Source: Eledone cirrhosa (lineage: Eukaryota). Taken from it: DNA of 64,000 nucleotides. Of the stretch, positions 25,744 through 38,697 are shown one piece after another. How positions within the stretch are numbered: position 1 is the first letter of the stretch; the number at the start of each line of letters is the position of its first letter. Below the pieces are notes generated by a model. The model worked only from the letters and a program-made list of their open reading frames with translations. It was not told where the DNA came from and made no database searches. Both the position numbers and the translations under genes were made by a program. The DNA is taken from contig OZ024746.1 of NCBI GenBank assembly GCA_964016885.1, forward strand, positions 97,216,001 through 97,280,000, given 5' to 3'.

Positions 25744-26869
25744 TATATCTTCCTATAAATCTTTCTTTTTTTATATTACAGATATATTCAAAAGCCAAGC
25801 TACAACATATTGCTGTTAAAACACCAGATGTTCTAGTGTTTTATATTTAGATAAACATGAAGCCGGAAATTTCAAGAATAGAGAAATAGATGGTTATGAT
25901 ATTTATACTTTTACTAAGTGCTTTAGGAAAACACTTTATCAAGTCTTATACTCTTAGTCAATAACTTCATGTCACTCGGCAACAGCTATCACTGTTATTA
26001 CTATAACAATAAAATGAGCTAAATCCCATCTTTTATTTAATTACTGTAAAGTAATAGAACTTCTTGAAAATCCTGTTGGAATGGATATTAAAGCCTACTA
26101 CTGCAAATCTCAAAGTAAACCTGAAGTTCTGCTTATAAGTCAGCAGACGAATTTTCACAAAATCAATATGTGAAAGAATATATAATCTAAATTAATAGAG
26201 CTATTTTCTGATCAATGTCTATGACATAGGGAAAAAGAAAATGAGTTTTTTTTTTGTATTTTTGTTTGTTTTAAAGAATTTGACAACATATTCCCTCGTG
26301 TAAAACAAAATACTTATTGATATAACCCTTTTGATAGTAAACTACGAGAAACTACCCTTGATTCTACAAACAGAAGTGTTTATATTATCTAAAAAACTTC
26401 CATTGTCAGTTTATGTAAGGACAGTTGTTATGTTATGTTCCAAACACCAGTTTAATAATGAGAAAGTTAGTTATATTAGTAAAACCTTTCAAATACTTGA
26501 TTGTTTTCATAAGAAATAGGGTAATGAATAACTTAAAACATTTCAGTTATTTACAAACTTGTATAATAATTTCCTGAGACTAATGAATATATTACTGTGC
26601 AGCATTGTCGAAATACCCAAAGTGGTGGTGAGGGCCATAAAGTGTTATGACCAGTCACATGATTTGGTATGGGTGAGTGTGGACTGTGTAATGGAAAATG
26701 CCGGCTTAATAATTTTCTTAGTGTGGTCAGTGCAATAAGTGTCAAAAACTAGGTTAGTCAGCTTACCAAACTGTAAGTTGAAATTATTTGAAAGAATGGA
26801 GCATATAACTGGGGGAAGGGGTTGCACATTTTAATGCTAGTCAACGGCACTAAATAGTCATATGCTGGC

Positions 26870-28370
26870 TCTTTCCTCTCTTCTTCTTTGCCCACTTATT
26901 CCTGAGAAGATTGTGGGGGCAGAGTCCTCAAACACTCCCTCCAGTGGGTTCAGTCAGAAGCAACTGTCTCCCAAAGCAAGACCAGCCAAGTTCATAGATG
27001 TTATCCAATAATCTTTCTCGGGATCTACCCCTAGGTGTCTTGTCAGTTGGTTTTGTCCATAAAAATCTATCCAGCAATTCTTTCCTGAGACATTCTAACC
27101 TCATGTCCATAGTATCAGAGCTATGATCTCTCAATTCAGAGAAGTAACGGCTCTACCTGGAGTCACTCTACAGCGATTATTTCCTGAGACATTCTAACCT
27201 CATGTCCATAGTATCAGAGCTATGATCTCTCAATTCAGAGAAGTAACGGCTCTACCTGGAGTGACTCTACAGCGATTCTTTCCTGAGACATTCTAACCAC
27301 ATGTCCATAGTATCAGAGCTATGATCTCTCAATTCAGAGAAGTAGCATCTCTACCTGGAGTGACTCTACAGCGATTCTTTCCTGAGACATTCTAACCTCA
27401 TGTCCATAGTATCAGAGCTATGATCTCTCAATTCAGAGAAGTAACGGCTCTACCTGGAGTGACTCTACAGCGATTCTTTCCTGAGACATTCTAACCATAT
27501 GTCCATAGTATCAGAGCTATGATCTCTCAATTCAGAGAAGTAGCATCTCTACCTGGAGTGACTCTACAGCGATTCTTTCCTGAGACATTCTAACCTCATG
27601 TCCATAGTATCAGAGCTATGATCTCTCAATTCAGAGAAGTAACGGCTCTACCTGGAGTGACTCTACAGCGATTCTTTCCTGAGACATTCTAACCACATGT
27701 CCATAGTATCAGAGCTATGATCTCTCAATTCAGAGAAGTAGCATCTCTACCTGGAGTGACTCTACAGCGATTCTTTCCTGAGACATTCTAACCACATGTC
27801 CATAGTATCAGAGCTATGATCTCTCAATTCAGAGAAGTAGCATCTCTACCTGGAGTGACTCTACAGCGATTATTTCCTGAGACATTCTAACCTCATGTCC
27901 ATAGTATCAGAGCTATGATCTCTCAATTCAGAGAAGTAACGGCTCTACCTGGAGTGACTCTACAGCGATTCTTTCCTGAGACATTCTAACCACATGTCCA
28001 TAGTATCAGAGCTATGATCTCTCAATTCAGAGAAGTAGCGTCTCTACCTGGAGTGACTCTACAGCGATTCTTTCCTGAGACATTCTAACCACATGTCCAT
28101 AGTATCAGAGCTATGATCTCTCAATTCAGAGAAGTAGCATCTCTACCTGGAGTGACTCTACAGCGATTCTTTCCTGAGACATTCTAACCACATGCCATAG
28201 TATCAGAGCTATGATCTCTCAATTCAGAGAAGTAGCATCTCTACCTGGAGTGACTCTACAGCGATTCTTTCCTGAGACATTCTAACCACATGCCATAGTA
28301 TCAGAGCTATGATCTCTCAATTTAGGGAAAGAAGTAGTGGTTCTAACTGGAGTAACTCACTAATCTCTGA
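26870..28370 (-). mobile_element. RTE-clade LINE 3' fragment hosting the minisatellite
   Basis: Continues into KPTDKTPRGRSRERLLDNIYELGWS and ends in a (GAA)-rich tail. Confidence 0.75.
27077..28325. repeat. 99-bp minisatellite (about 12.6 copies) derived from an RTE LINE
   Basis: cagcgatt recurs at 27171, 27270, 27369 and so on. Minus translation VEPLLL*IERS*L*YYGHxVRMSQER resembles the RTE C-terminal QLRWFGHVxRM motif. Homologous to single-copy 20110-20210. Confidence 0.95.
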
Positions 28371-28973
28371 GCTATGCACTCTTTCTTTATCAGGAGTATT
28401 AAGTGAAGATACATTACAATAAACAGCAGAAGATACTGGCATCACTAGAAACATCAAAACATTACCATCAATGTCACATCAAAATATATGTGAGGGAATC
28501 TTTTTATCAAATGTATGGAATGGTAATCAAGAAGTTGAATCAATCCTCAAATCTTCTGCATCACATAGGAAACTAATTCAACAGGGACAAACTGATCATG
28601 ACAAACCAGATTGTATCAATCATGACATCCTAGTCCAACTCAGTTTCCTAATACATCACAAGTGTGTGGCTAGGTAACCCCCCCCCCCCCCCACCCCCCC
28701 ACCACCACCAACACAAACTATAGTATTACTAATATTCTGAAGAACAATGGTATTCCATATGTAATTAATAGGGTTCAGCAGTGATAACAATACTTTTTAT
28801 TAATGCAATGAAAATTCTGAATGAAATGCCAAATGATATATTTTATTTGTTTCTCTGTAGCACACAATCTCTTTGAATAAACATTTAGAAATTCTAACCA
28901 TGTGATTAGCTAGAACTAATTTCTAATACTGCTATTTTTTAGCTCAATAAATAAATCCACTTGGACAAAGACC

Positions 28974-29165
28974 GGTGGATTGGCAGTATCGGTAGAGGGT
29001 CGGATGCCATGCTTTGACGCATAGAGTTACGGCCCTTGCCATTCTGAGTTCAAATCCTGCCGAGGTTAACTTTGCCTTTCATCCTTATGGGGCCGATAAA
29101 ATAAAGTACCAGTAATACACTGGGGGAATAGCTGACCTTGTGCCAAAAGTAGAAACAATTATATT
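28974..29165 (+). mobile_element. SINE family B
   Basis: Homologous to the reference copy. Confidence 0.85.
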
Positions 29166-29486
29166 ATATAAACATGAGCTAAGTACTTGTTATCTAAAGT
29201 TGCAGCTAATGAGCTAAAATATTCCATTTGTAAGAGTTTGTTAACATTTCCTTGCAAAAATGCTTTAAGGAAGACATACAATAACACCAGAAGGAAAAAT
29301 TGACAGTGTATCTGCTAAATAACCTACAGATATAGGGAGGCTACCTGTGTATAATCCTTGACTGAAGAATGATAGAATGTAGTGTTTGAAGAATAAGACC
29401 TGGTACTTGGTTCCATCAAAAAGGTATTATAAAGATGGAAAGGCAGAAAATGCTAAACATTTAGGTATTTGTGAGCTTTATATTGA

Positions 29487-29705
29487 ATAATAATCGATTC
29501 ATTTGCAAGCAAACAGCTTCATTATGCTATGTTTCTTAGACGACCATCACCATCCTTTTGTTCGAGCAGTGGCAGAGAAACAATCAACGATAATATTATT
29601 TCTGGATTATTGCCCTTTATCAAGATTATGTATCCCTCAAAAGGATGGCAATGGTCATCTAAAAAACATAGCATAATGAGGCTATCTGCTTGCAAACGAA
29701 TCAAA

Positions 29706-29712
<7 letters not shown>
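29487..29712. mobile_element. Long-TIR MITE flanked by (TAA)n/(TTA)n
   Basis: gattcatttgcaagcaaacagcttcattatgctatgtttcttagacgaccat ... atggtcatctaaaaaacatagcataatgaggctatctgcttgcaaacgaatc. Other copies at 38025-38495 and 60064-60205. Confidence 0.85.
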
Positions 29713-29742
<30 letters not shown>

Positions 29743-30107
29743 GGAGGCACATGGCTTAGTGGTTAGAGCATTGGCCTTGCAATCGAAAGGTTGTGAGTTC
29801 AATTCTCAGACTGCGTGATGTGTTGTTTCCTTGAGCAAGACACTTTATTTCATATTGCTTCAGTTTACTCAGCTGTAGGTCCCTATCATTCCACTGTAAA
29901 ATGGTTGTGGAGGTGCCGCAGCAAAAAAGCACCCAGCCCACACGGTAAAGTGGACGTGTAGGCGCCACGGAATAAAAACACCCAGCACTCACTGTAAATG
30001 AGGTTGGTCTTAAGAAGGGCATCCAGCTGTAGAAATCAAGCCAAAATCAGTTACCGTCCCACCCTTGCAAGCAGGGAAAAGTGAGCGTAAAATGATGATG
30101 ATGATGA
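29743..30107 (+). mobile_element. SINE family A
   Basis: Full length, with the internal subrepeat as in 2948-3329. Confidence 0.9.
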
Positions 30108-30466
30108 TTTGATATAAATCTCACAAATGCATTTACATATCCACTATGTTAGAGTTAAAAACCCCAAAGCTAAACATTTAATGAGCATTAGAGCCATATC
30201 TAACAGGTTGTACTGTATTAGTGCTTACTAAATACCTATATAGGCAAAACAAAGAGACAAGCTTTAATGAGCATTCAGTGGCTCAGTAAACTGGGTGTCA
30301 AACTTTTGTATTAACATGTAAGTGATTGAATATTCCCCTGATATGTAGTTCCAATAGCCATATAAGCATGTCACAATATGTGACCCTCAGATATGTAAAC
30401 ACTTAACCTTTAGCATGCTGAATGTTTTTATGAATTGCTTCCCGTGACACTGTATTATGCATTAAC

Positions 30467-30682
30467 GTGGATTGGCAGAATCAGAAGAACATTGGACAGC
30501 ATACTTAGCTACATAGAGTTGCATCCCTTTACGTTCTGAGTTTAAATCCTGCCGAGGTTAGCTTTGCCTTTCATCCTTACAGGGTCGATAAAATAAAGTA
30601 CCAGTCACGCACTGGAGTCGATTTAATCGACTTTCCCCCTCCACCCAAATTGCTGGCCTTGTGCTTAAATCAGAAACCCTTA
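30467..30682 (+). mobile_element. SINE family B, longer variant
   Basis: Homologous to the reference copy; flanked by tatgcattaa on both sides (TSD). Confidence 0.85.
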
Positions 30683-31038
30683 TGCATTAAGGAGTGATTT
30701 CTCTATCGGCAACATAATGTGCTAGAGCACCCAGAAGGTTAATGTACTTCCAGAGCCAAATAAGCATGACAAAATATATCCCAATGCTGAACCTTTTAAT
30801 TACAGGTACAATCTATCCAACACACTCCTCTTACAGTCTCTGTCTACCTGATTTCATTCACAAAGCTTACATCAACCTAACACTATGGTAAAGATATTTA
30901 CACAAGATGTCTTGCATTGGGATTAAACCCAGGTCCACATGATTATGAAGCAAGCTTCTTAACAACTCAATTATGCCTGTTATATATAAAGGCTGTACTT
31001 TATCAGACAATCAAATGATAGATATGATTAAATATTGA

Positions 31039-31383
31039 TGGAGGCACATGGCTCAGTGGTTAGAGCATTGGCTTTGCAATCAAAAGGTTGTGAGTTCAAT
31101 TCTCAGACCGAGTGATGTGTTGTTTCCTTGAGCAAGACACTTTATTTCACATTGCTCCAGTTTACTCAGCTGTAGAAATGAGATGATAGGGACTGGGGTC
31201 CCTATCATTCCACTGCAAAGTGGTCGTGGAGGTGCCACGACAAAAAAGCACCCAGCACTCACTGTAAATGAGGTTGGTCTTAAGAAGGCCATCCAGCTGT
31301 AGAAATCAAGCCAGAATCAGTTCCCGTCCCCCCCTTGCAAGCAGGGAAAAGCGGACGTAAAATGATGATGATGATGATGATGA
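31039..31383 (+). mobile_element. SINE family A
   Basis: Full length. Confidence 0.9.
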
Positions 31384-31529
31384 TTGTCTATATGGTAAAA
31401 TAAAAAGTTGTTACTGAATTAGATTTTTAATATTAACATTAACCCTTTAGCATTTACATTACTTTATATTTACTATTATATTTTCATTGTAAACACTTTA
31501 TTTCACATAATTATCTAATATAATATAAT

Positions 31530-32110
31530 GTGTAGAGGATCTGCGCAGACTGGAAATGAACGAAGCATGCATGCTCCGTTGGATGTGTAATAGTAATATA
31601 CGTGAACAGCAAAGCATAAATGAACTAAGTGAGAAATTAGGAATAAGAGGGATCAGATGCTGTTTATTTGAGAGGAGACTTGGTATGGTCACATGATGCG
31701 CATGAAAGACGACAGCTGTATAAAAAAGTGCAGGGCGATCAAAATTGATGGTAGCCACGGAGTAGGTAGACCCAGAAAAACCTGGGATGATTTGATAAAT
31801 TCCGACCTTACACACTTGCACCTCTCTAAGACAATGTCACTGGACCGAGATCTTTGGCGCTACGCAGTAATACAGATGACCCGCCTTGCCTATGTACAAA
31901 GTGAAGCCTGCAGTCAGTAGGCCTCTCTTAACCAAATATACACCCCAATCCACTACCCCTACCCTATCCTCCCACTCCCACCAACACCACCCTCTCTCTG
32001 TAAAGTTGGTAGCACAACATCCAGTCCAAATAAATGAGATAATGAGATCAAGATCGTGTAGGTGTCACAACAAAAAAAACACACAGTCCACGCTGTAATG
32101 TGGCCGTGTA
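31530..32110 (+). mobile_element. RTE-clade LINE 3' fragment nested in a TTAA MITE
   Basis: EMNEACMLRWMC...WYGHMMRMKDDSCIKKCRAIKIDGSHGVGRPRKTWDD (frameshifted). Confidence 0.8.
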
Positions 32111-33521
32111 GGTAACACGGTAAAAAGTTCCCAGTTCCACACTGTAACTCTTTAGCATAAGTATGAGCAGCCAGTTACAGCTGGTTTGAACAGAAAAAGG
32201 TGAAAGTATTCTGGCCAGATATGGCTGGTTTAAATGCTAAAGGGCTAAATATTGTCCATATGGTAAAATAAGTTATTACTGAAGTAGTTTTAATATTCAT
32301 TTAAACAAATAATCTATAATTACAGCAGTATAAATTTAAAAATAAATAACTACACTATTTCAGTGTGAATGTATGTCCATAAAACATGATGGCTGCAAAC
32401 TCTGCTAAGAGTACTGCAATCACTTGTCAGATTATAGAATTTGGTGCACTTTTAGGCTATGGCCAGCCACACAATACTGCAACATATCCTAAACAAGCAA
32501 TGTCTGTGCTTTGAATGTTTTTTTAAGTGAGGAAAGGCCTTGCACTCGACCAATCCCACTCTCTGAGCATCAAAAACACTACCTGAAAAGGAGAACTGGT
32601 CAACCTTATCGGATGCTTCCGAAGCCACAGGTTTTTTTCAGAGTTTCCCTCTCCTAGAAAGGTTTTGTGACAATAACTGGGGGCCTGTCACTGCCAGATT
32701 AAAAAAAAAAGAGTACTCTGCTGAGTTCCTCCGCCCTTTGCCAGGTCTTGTATTTCATACCACAGGGTGTCCAAATATCACCTTCCTCATCAAGCAAGCT
32801 TGGTGAGGTTGCTGGTTTAGTTGCCAACGACCCGACAATGAGACAGGTTGTATTGGGTTACATGTTACCAGTAGCACTTGAGAGCCACCTATATATATAC
32901 AGGGTTCATATGAGTTTTTATTCTGAATCACATTGTGTTCATGCCCAATTAATACTAGCCAGCCACAGTTGTGCTATATGTCAAATAAGATTACACCAAA
33001 ACTAGTTTGTTTTCAAAACCTATAAGACTACATTGTCTTTCATAGCTTGACATCTAGGTATGAATGAGGGGAGTGTTGACTATTTATCAAGTAGACACTT
33101 TTAGACACCTTTTTCTCTGTGTACATTGAGAGATGTAAACCCCATCAAATAATGACAACACCAATGGATGCAAGAGTGTATGACCCTGAAGCAACCCCAT
33201 AGAAGAATGAACTCGGAGATGAACCTTTGAGTTAAGGTGCATTGTCTGCCCTGGATGGCAGCCTATGGACCTGAGAGCACCCAGAAAATTTCTACAGAAC
33301 AAAGGTAAGTTGGTCAAATGCAACGTTCAGTGCAACAACCACCGAGTTAAGAGTATCGACATTTCAAGCAGGCCATGGGACCGGAGGCCAGCCATTGCTC
33401 GGGTTTTCCTTTGGAATACTTGCCCACAACAGGCCAAGAGGGTCCTTAATCTTACCTTGATGGTGAAGTAGCTGTGATTATGATCACAGCTAAAATACTC
33501 ACAAGAGTACATTTATGTGTA

Positions 33522-33716
33522 TTAACCTTTTAGCATTTAACTGGCGATATCCAGCCAAAATTCTCTCACCTCTTTCTGTTCCAACTGGTCTTAATCGGCT
33601 GCTCATATTGATGTTAAGGTATTGTTCTCAAAATAAATAATATCAAAATCTCATAGATTCGATATTATGCGAAATAATATAGTAAATATAGTGTAATGTA
33701 AATGCTAATGGGTTAA
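33522..33716. mobile_element. TTAA MITE copy
   Basis: ttaaccttttagcattt ... aaatgctaatgggttaa. Confidence 0.8.
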
Positions 33717-34636
33717 ATACTGTTTATGGGTTCATATACCTATATTATCCATTTCAAATAATATCTAAGATTTTGATTGGAGAAACTTGTAGTTAACTGA
33801 AATATCTTCCTTTATACAGTTTCTAGAATTACTAAAATATCTTAAGCTTCATAGTGAATAATTGCAATTTTTCAAATCTAATAATACAAATTACTAAAGA
33901 GTAATAAGACTCATAGATCTTGCTGTTATAATTTCTAAACTAAATGAACTTGCTCCTTGAAGTTCTCCCAATAATCCATTTAGTTTCACTAAAGAAGTTT
34001 TTAAGGACTTAATTTCCTTGTTCATGAGTATAAACTATAAAAGAAATATTAGGACTTAAAATAATTTTATCATAACCTCTTACAATAACTTCTATAATTG
34101 GAAAGCTGATGCAAAACCTTTAAGCTGGTGAAATTGAGATTTTGCTTGAACTTAAATATAGTTAAGCTAGAACACTTCTATATTCTATTAGTTAAATCTG
34201 TAAGTAATTATTTCTCTTTGTTTTTGTTTTGTAGTCAGCACAAAGCCAATATAATTCTCCCTCTTCTTGCCAGCAGCTTTAAATTTTGGTCTCTTGCCAA
34301 ACATATGTTCTATAATATTGGCTAACCATTATTACTTCACTAATTTAATCAAGATCAGCAGTGTGACGACTAAAGTGAACATTTTCACTCCTACACATAA
34401 TTTCCTTTCAATGACATTTCTAAATCTGACAGAAACCATTCACAGACATCAATGTTTCTGCAACATTGATTTCATTTTCAAATTTTAGTTGAATATAAGG
34501 CATTAAATCCCCAGAAAACATTCTAGAAATGGGCTACATCTTAATACCCCTACCATAAAAAAATCTAAAATGACTAGACCACTGTAGTGAAGTATCCCCT
34601 CAGTTTCTAACACAGCTATAAAAGATGGTTATTCTT

Positions 34637-34851
34637 TAACTCTTTATCATTTACATTACTCTATATTTACTATTGTATTTCTGTGGTAAAGGCTTCATCT
34701 CACATAATATCGAATCTATAAGATTTTGATGTTATTTATTTTGAGAATAATACCTTAACATTGGTATGAGCAGCTAGTTATGGCTGGTTTAAACAGAAAG
34801 ATGTGAGAGAATTTAGGCTAGATATGGTTGGTTTAAATGCTAAAGAGTTAA
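34637..34851. mobile_element. TTAA MITE copy
   Basis: ttaactctttatcattt ... aaatgctaaagagttaa. Confidence 0.8.
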
Positions 34852-35295
34852 ACATTTCTGGTTGTATTCCAACTTTACTAAAATCTGCTGGATTTCATGT
34901 TGATCTAAGGAGAGTGAGATATCTTTGTGCTCATTTGAATTGCTAGAAATAGCAGATAATTCTGATTTAAATCATATTCTAAACATAAAAATATTTATGG
35001 GAAAATTTAGTGCTGAATATAATATGTCATAAAAGATGGTATGGGGGTGACTGGAACACTGAGTCAAATGATAAAAATTGAACCCAGAGCAATTCACAGA
35101 ACAAGCGTTTTAGGATCTTATACAAAAGGAATTTTAAAGCAAGGAAACACTTGTTGTTTGTTGTACATGTTTTTTTATGGGAAAACATTAGAAACTAACT
35201 AATGCTAAAAACAAATTATTCTTCCCAAAAGAAATACTTGCAGCATGAAACTAAATCCATTGAATTTTTTTAAGCATTACAATCATTAATTTTCA

Positions 35296-35485
35296 GGTGA
35301 ATTGGCAGTATCGGTAGAGGGTTGGACGCCATGCTTTGATGCATAGAGTTACGGCCCTTGCCATTCTGAGTTCAAATCCCGCCTAGGTTAACTTTGCCTT
35401 TCATCCTTACGGGGTCGATAAAATAAAGTACCAGTAATGCACTGGGATAATTGCTGGCCTTGTGCCAAAAGTAGAAACAATTAAT
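35296..35485 (+). mobile_element. SINE family B
   Basis: Homologous to the reference copy; flanked by attaattttca on both sides (TSD). Confidence 0.85.
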
Positions 35486-35769
35486 TTTCAAAATTATGAT
35501 CAGGTATATTTAGTGTTTGAGGACTCTGCTCCCAGGACCCTCTCAGGAAAAAGTGGGCAAAGAAGATGCAAAAGAAGATGGTAGAATAGATAATTGAAGA
35601 TTAGTTCTTAGGGTAGCATATAATTGAACATTTAGTTGATATACTAGCAGCGATTCTCAGAGACTCAGGTCACATTCTCCCCTTGTAATCCCAGATGTCC
35701 TCAATTCCTACATATTTTGAATTGTCATCTAGTAAATTTGTATCCAAGTATAATACTAACATGAGCAAG

Positions 35770-35972
35770 CTTTAGCATTCACATTACTCTATATTTACTG
35801 GTGTAGTTTCACAGAAAAAGCATTATCTCACATAATATCGCATCTATGAGATTTTGATATTATTCATTTTCAGAACAATACCTTAACATGAGCAGCCAAT
35901 TATGTCCGATTTGAACAGAAAGAGGTTAGAAAATTCTGGCCAGATATGGCTGCTTTAAATGGTAAAGGGTTA
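35770..35972. mobile_element. TTAA MITE copy
   Basis: ctttagcattcacattac ... aaatggtaaagggtta. Confidence 0.75.
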
Positions 35973-36153
35973 GACTCCAATAACTGAATAGTCTGAAATG
36001 GGATTATGTCAGAAGCAGCAGTTTTTTTGTGATTATTCCTGTAGTGGAGTATATTGGTATTTCATTTAATAAATACACGATGTATAATTTTCTTTCCCAG
36101 TTTGTACTTCTCCTCTGACTAACCTTCCTCCTCAGGAAGAATCACTGTGCTAC

Positions 36154-36383
36154 TTAACCCTTTAGCATTTAAACCAGCTGTATCCAGCCAGAATTCTTTT
36201 ACCTCTTTCTATTCAAACTGGCAGTAACCAGCTGCTCATACTGATGTTAAGGTAGTGTTCTGAAAATAAATAATATCAAAATCTCATCGATTCGATATTA
36301 TGTGAGATAATTATGTGGAGTAAAGCCTTTACTGTGAAAATATAATAGTATATATAGAGTAATGTAAAATGGTAAAGGGTTAA
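36154..36383. mobile_element. TTAA-flanked piggyBac-type MITE (about 200-230 bp), reference copy
   Basis: TTAA-CCCTTTAGCATTT ... AAATGGTAAAGGG-TTAA; about 10 related copies in the window. Confidence 0.85.
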
Positions 36384-37239
36384 ATGCCATCCATTTGTCA
36401 AAAATGTCTGGATTTAGGAGCTGAAGAATAAATATAATGCACTCTTGCAGATAAAGAGAAATCATTTAGAAAACATGCATCTAGGAATTCAAATTTTGTT
36501 TTATTGAAAAATACATTGTACATGAAGCATCATTTGTAGACAGATGTTAAAAAGAAAACTTGGAATTGAAAGGAGTTAAAAAAGAAAACTACAACTGAAT
36601 AATTTACAACTGAATAATTTACAGAAGTTTTAACAGCTGAGACAACTCAGGTTTCAGAAACAAATATCCGATAGTATATATTAACTGAAAATTAAAAATG
36701 TTTAATAAGAATGCACAATGATATCCTAATAGATTGTTATGTTAGTGTTTGAAACCTGATGACATGGAGAAGCATATTTCATTATGATATTTTTATTGAA
36801 GATGTATGAAGTTGAAAGCAACTTCTAGTGTTATGAAGTTTGTGGTGTTGTATGGTACAATTTGTATCAAAACAGCATTATATTTAAAGAACAAAAAACA
36901 TTTTTTTAATTATAAATAAAAAATCAACTTTATTATTATTATTATTATTCACCAAAAATAAGATGAAGGAAAATATAATTTCCATGAAATATGTACCCCA
37001 GAATAATTATCTTTTAATAGAAAACCTTGGCATAGAATAATTATTTTTCTGTCTCTTAAACATTTTCAAAAGGATAGAAGCTTAGTAGTTAAATAAAGCT
37101 AAATATAATGGTAACAGAAAAGTATTTAAGTAGAATATTAATGGTATATGTCATCAGTGTTGCAATCAGATTTTGTGTTTATAATTAAATTGAGAATTTA
37201 AATTTGAATATATAGTCATCACAATGCAGATTTCTATAA

Positions 37240-37423
37240 TAATTGTTTCATAAGGCCAGCAATTACTCCAGTGCATTACTGGTGCTTTATTTTATCGATT
37301 CCATAAGGATGAAAGGCAAAGTTAACCTTGGCTGGATTTGAACTCAGAGCGTAAAGGGCCGTAACTCTATGTTGCAAAACATGGTGTCTGGCACTCTAAC
37401 GATACTGCCAATCCACTGCCCTC

Positions 37424-37425
<2 letters not shown>
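37240..37425 (-). mobile_element. SINE family B
   Basis: Reverse complement of the reference copy, next to (TAA)n. Confidence 0.8.
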
Positions 37426-37489
<64 letters not shown>

Positions 37490-38024
37490 TTAAAACTATA
37501 AAAAATAGTTGAATACATTGCTTACTTTATCTGATATTTTCAACAAATATTTCTAGTTACCAATTATTATTATAGTTATCTGCATTGCAGCAACAATATT
37601 TTCAATTTTCTAATTTTTGAATAATGTATACTTTAATCAATTTTGTTTAAAATTTTAAATAATATTTTTTGTGTCAAAACTTAATATGAATATCAAGTAT
37701 TATATTCCCATTTTAAATATTAGTATGGAAATTGATTATGTACACAAGTAGGCTAAGATGTTTATTTAAATTTCAAATCAGTAATACAAGCAAAACACTA
37801 ATTTTCAGTTGACTATTTAAATAGTTTTTCAAAAGCTGTAATTATATTATAAATTTGTGATAACATTTGAAGCACAATTCAATAAAGATTGATGATACTT
37901 TCTAAAATATAATCACTTTCTATTTCATAAATAATATACTTCTGCATTTAAAAAACAAAATTAGAATTTCGTTTTTCGCACTAACATAGCAGATACATAA
38001 ATGTATTCATGAGTTTTATATCAA

Positions 38025-38495
38025 ATAATAATAATAATCAATTCGTTTGCAAGCAAACAGCCTCATTATGCTATGTTTTTTAGATGACGACCATTATCTA
38101 AATCAGGCATGGGCAACCTTTTTCAAAAAGCGAGCCACATCAGGTGGGGCGCAAGCACTAATTTACATTTGTGTCCACATAAAAAAAAAGGGTGGTAACT
38201 CAGGTTGTTTTGATTTGTTTCTTCAGAAATTATACACGTTGTTTTCCTCGATCATAGAAATGATAGAAAGATAAATTACGACTGAAAAGTTGGAGTAAAA
38301 AAATCAGAGAGATTTCACTTAGGTGACTTAGGTGAGTCATTGAGAAAGCTTCGCGGGCTGCAGGTTGCCCATGACTGTTGTAGAGAGAAACAATCCTCTG
38401 TCACCACTAGAACAAAAGGATGGCAATGGTCATCTATAAAATATGGTGTAATGAGGCTGTTTGCTTGCAAACAAATCAGATATTATTATTATTAT
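38025..38495. mobile_element. Long-TIR MITE with a nested hAT-like MITE (38104-38377)
   Basis: Outer TIRs as at 29487. Inner TIRs caggcatgggcaacct / aggttgcccatgactg; inner TSD not clean. Confidence 0.8.
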
Positions 38496-38499
38496 TCAA

Positions 38500-38697
38500 T
38501 AGGCGGTGAATTGGCAGTATCAGTAGAGGGTCGGACACCATGCTTTCCAGCATAGTTACGTCCCTTTACGATCTGAGTTCAAATCCCGCCGAGGTTGACT
38601 TTGCCTTTCATCCTTACGGGGTCGATAAAATAAAGTACCAGTAATGCACTGGGTAATTGCTGGCCTTGTGCCTAAAGTAGAAACAATTATTATTATT
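38500..38697 (+). mobile_element. SINE family B (tRNA-like head, Nin-domain-like core), reference copy
   Basis: ggcggtgaattggcagtatc...gagttcaaatccc...gcctttcatccttacggggtcgataaaataaagtacc...gctggccttgtgcc...(att)n. Confidence 0.88.

Noticed and set aside
27077-28325. Possible coding repeat (33-aa period) or CRISPR array
   Set aside because: The LINE frame has several stops per unit and there are no spacers.
33360-33410. HDV-like ribozyme on the minus strand (cgagca...ggcc...ggcc-tgcttg)
   Set aside because: L3 is too long, and the P1.1 GG and J4/2 catalytic segment were not found.
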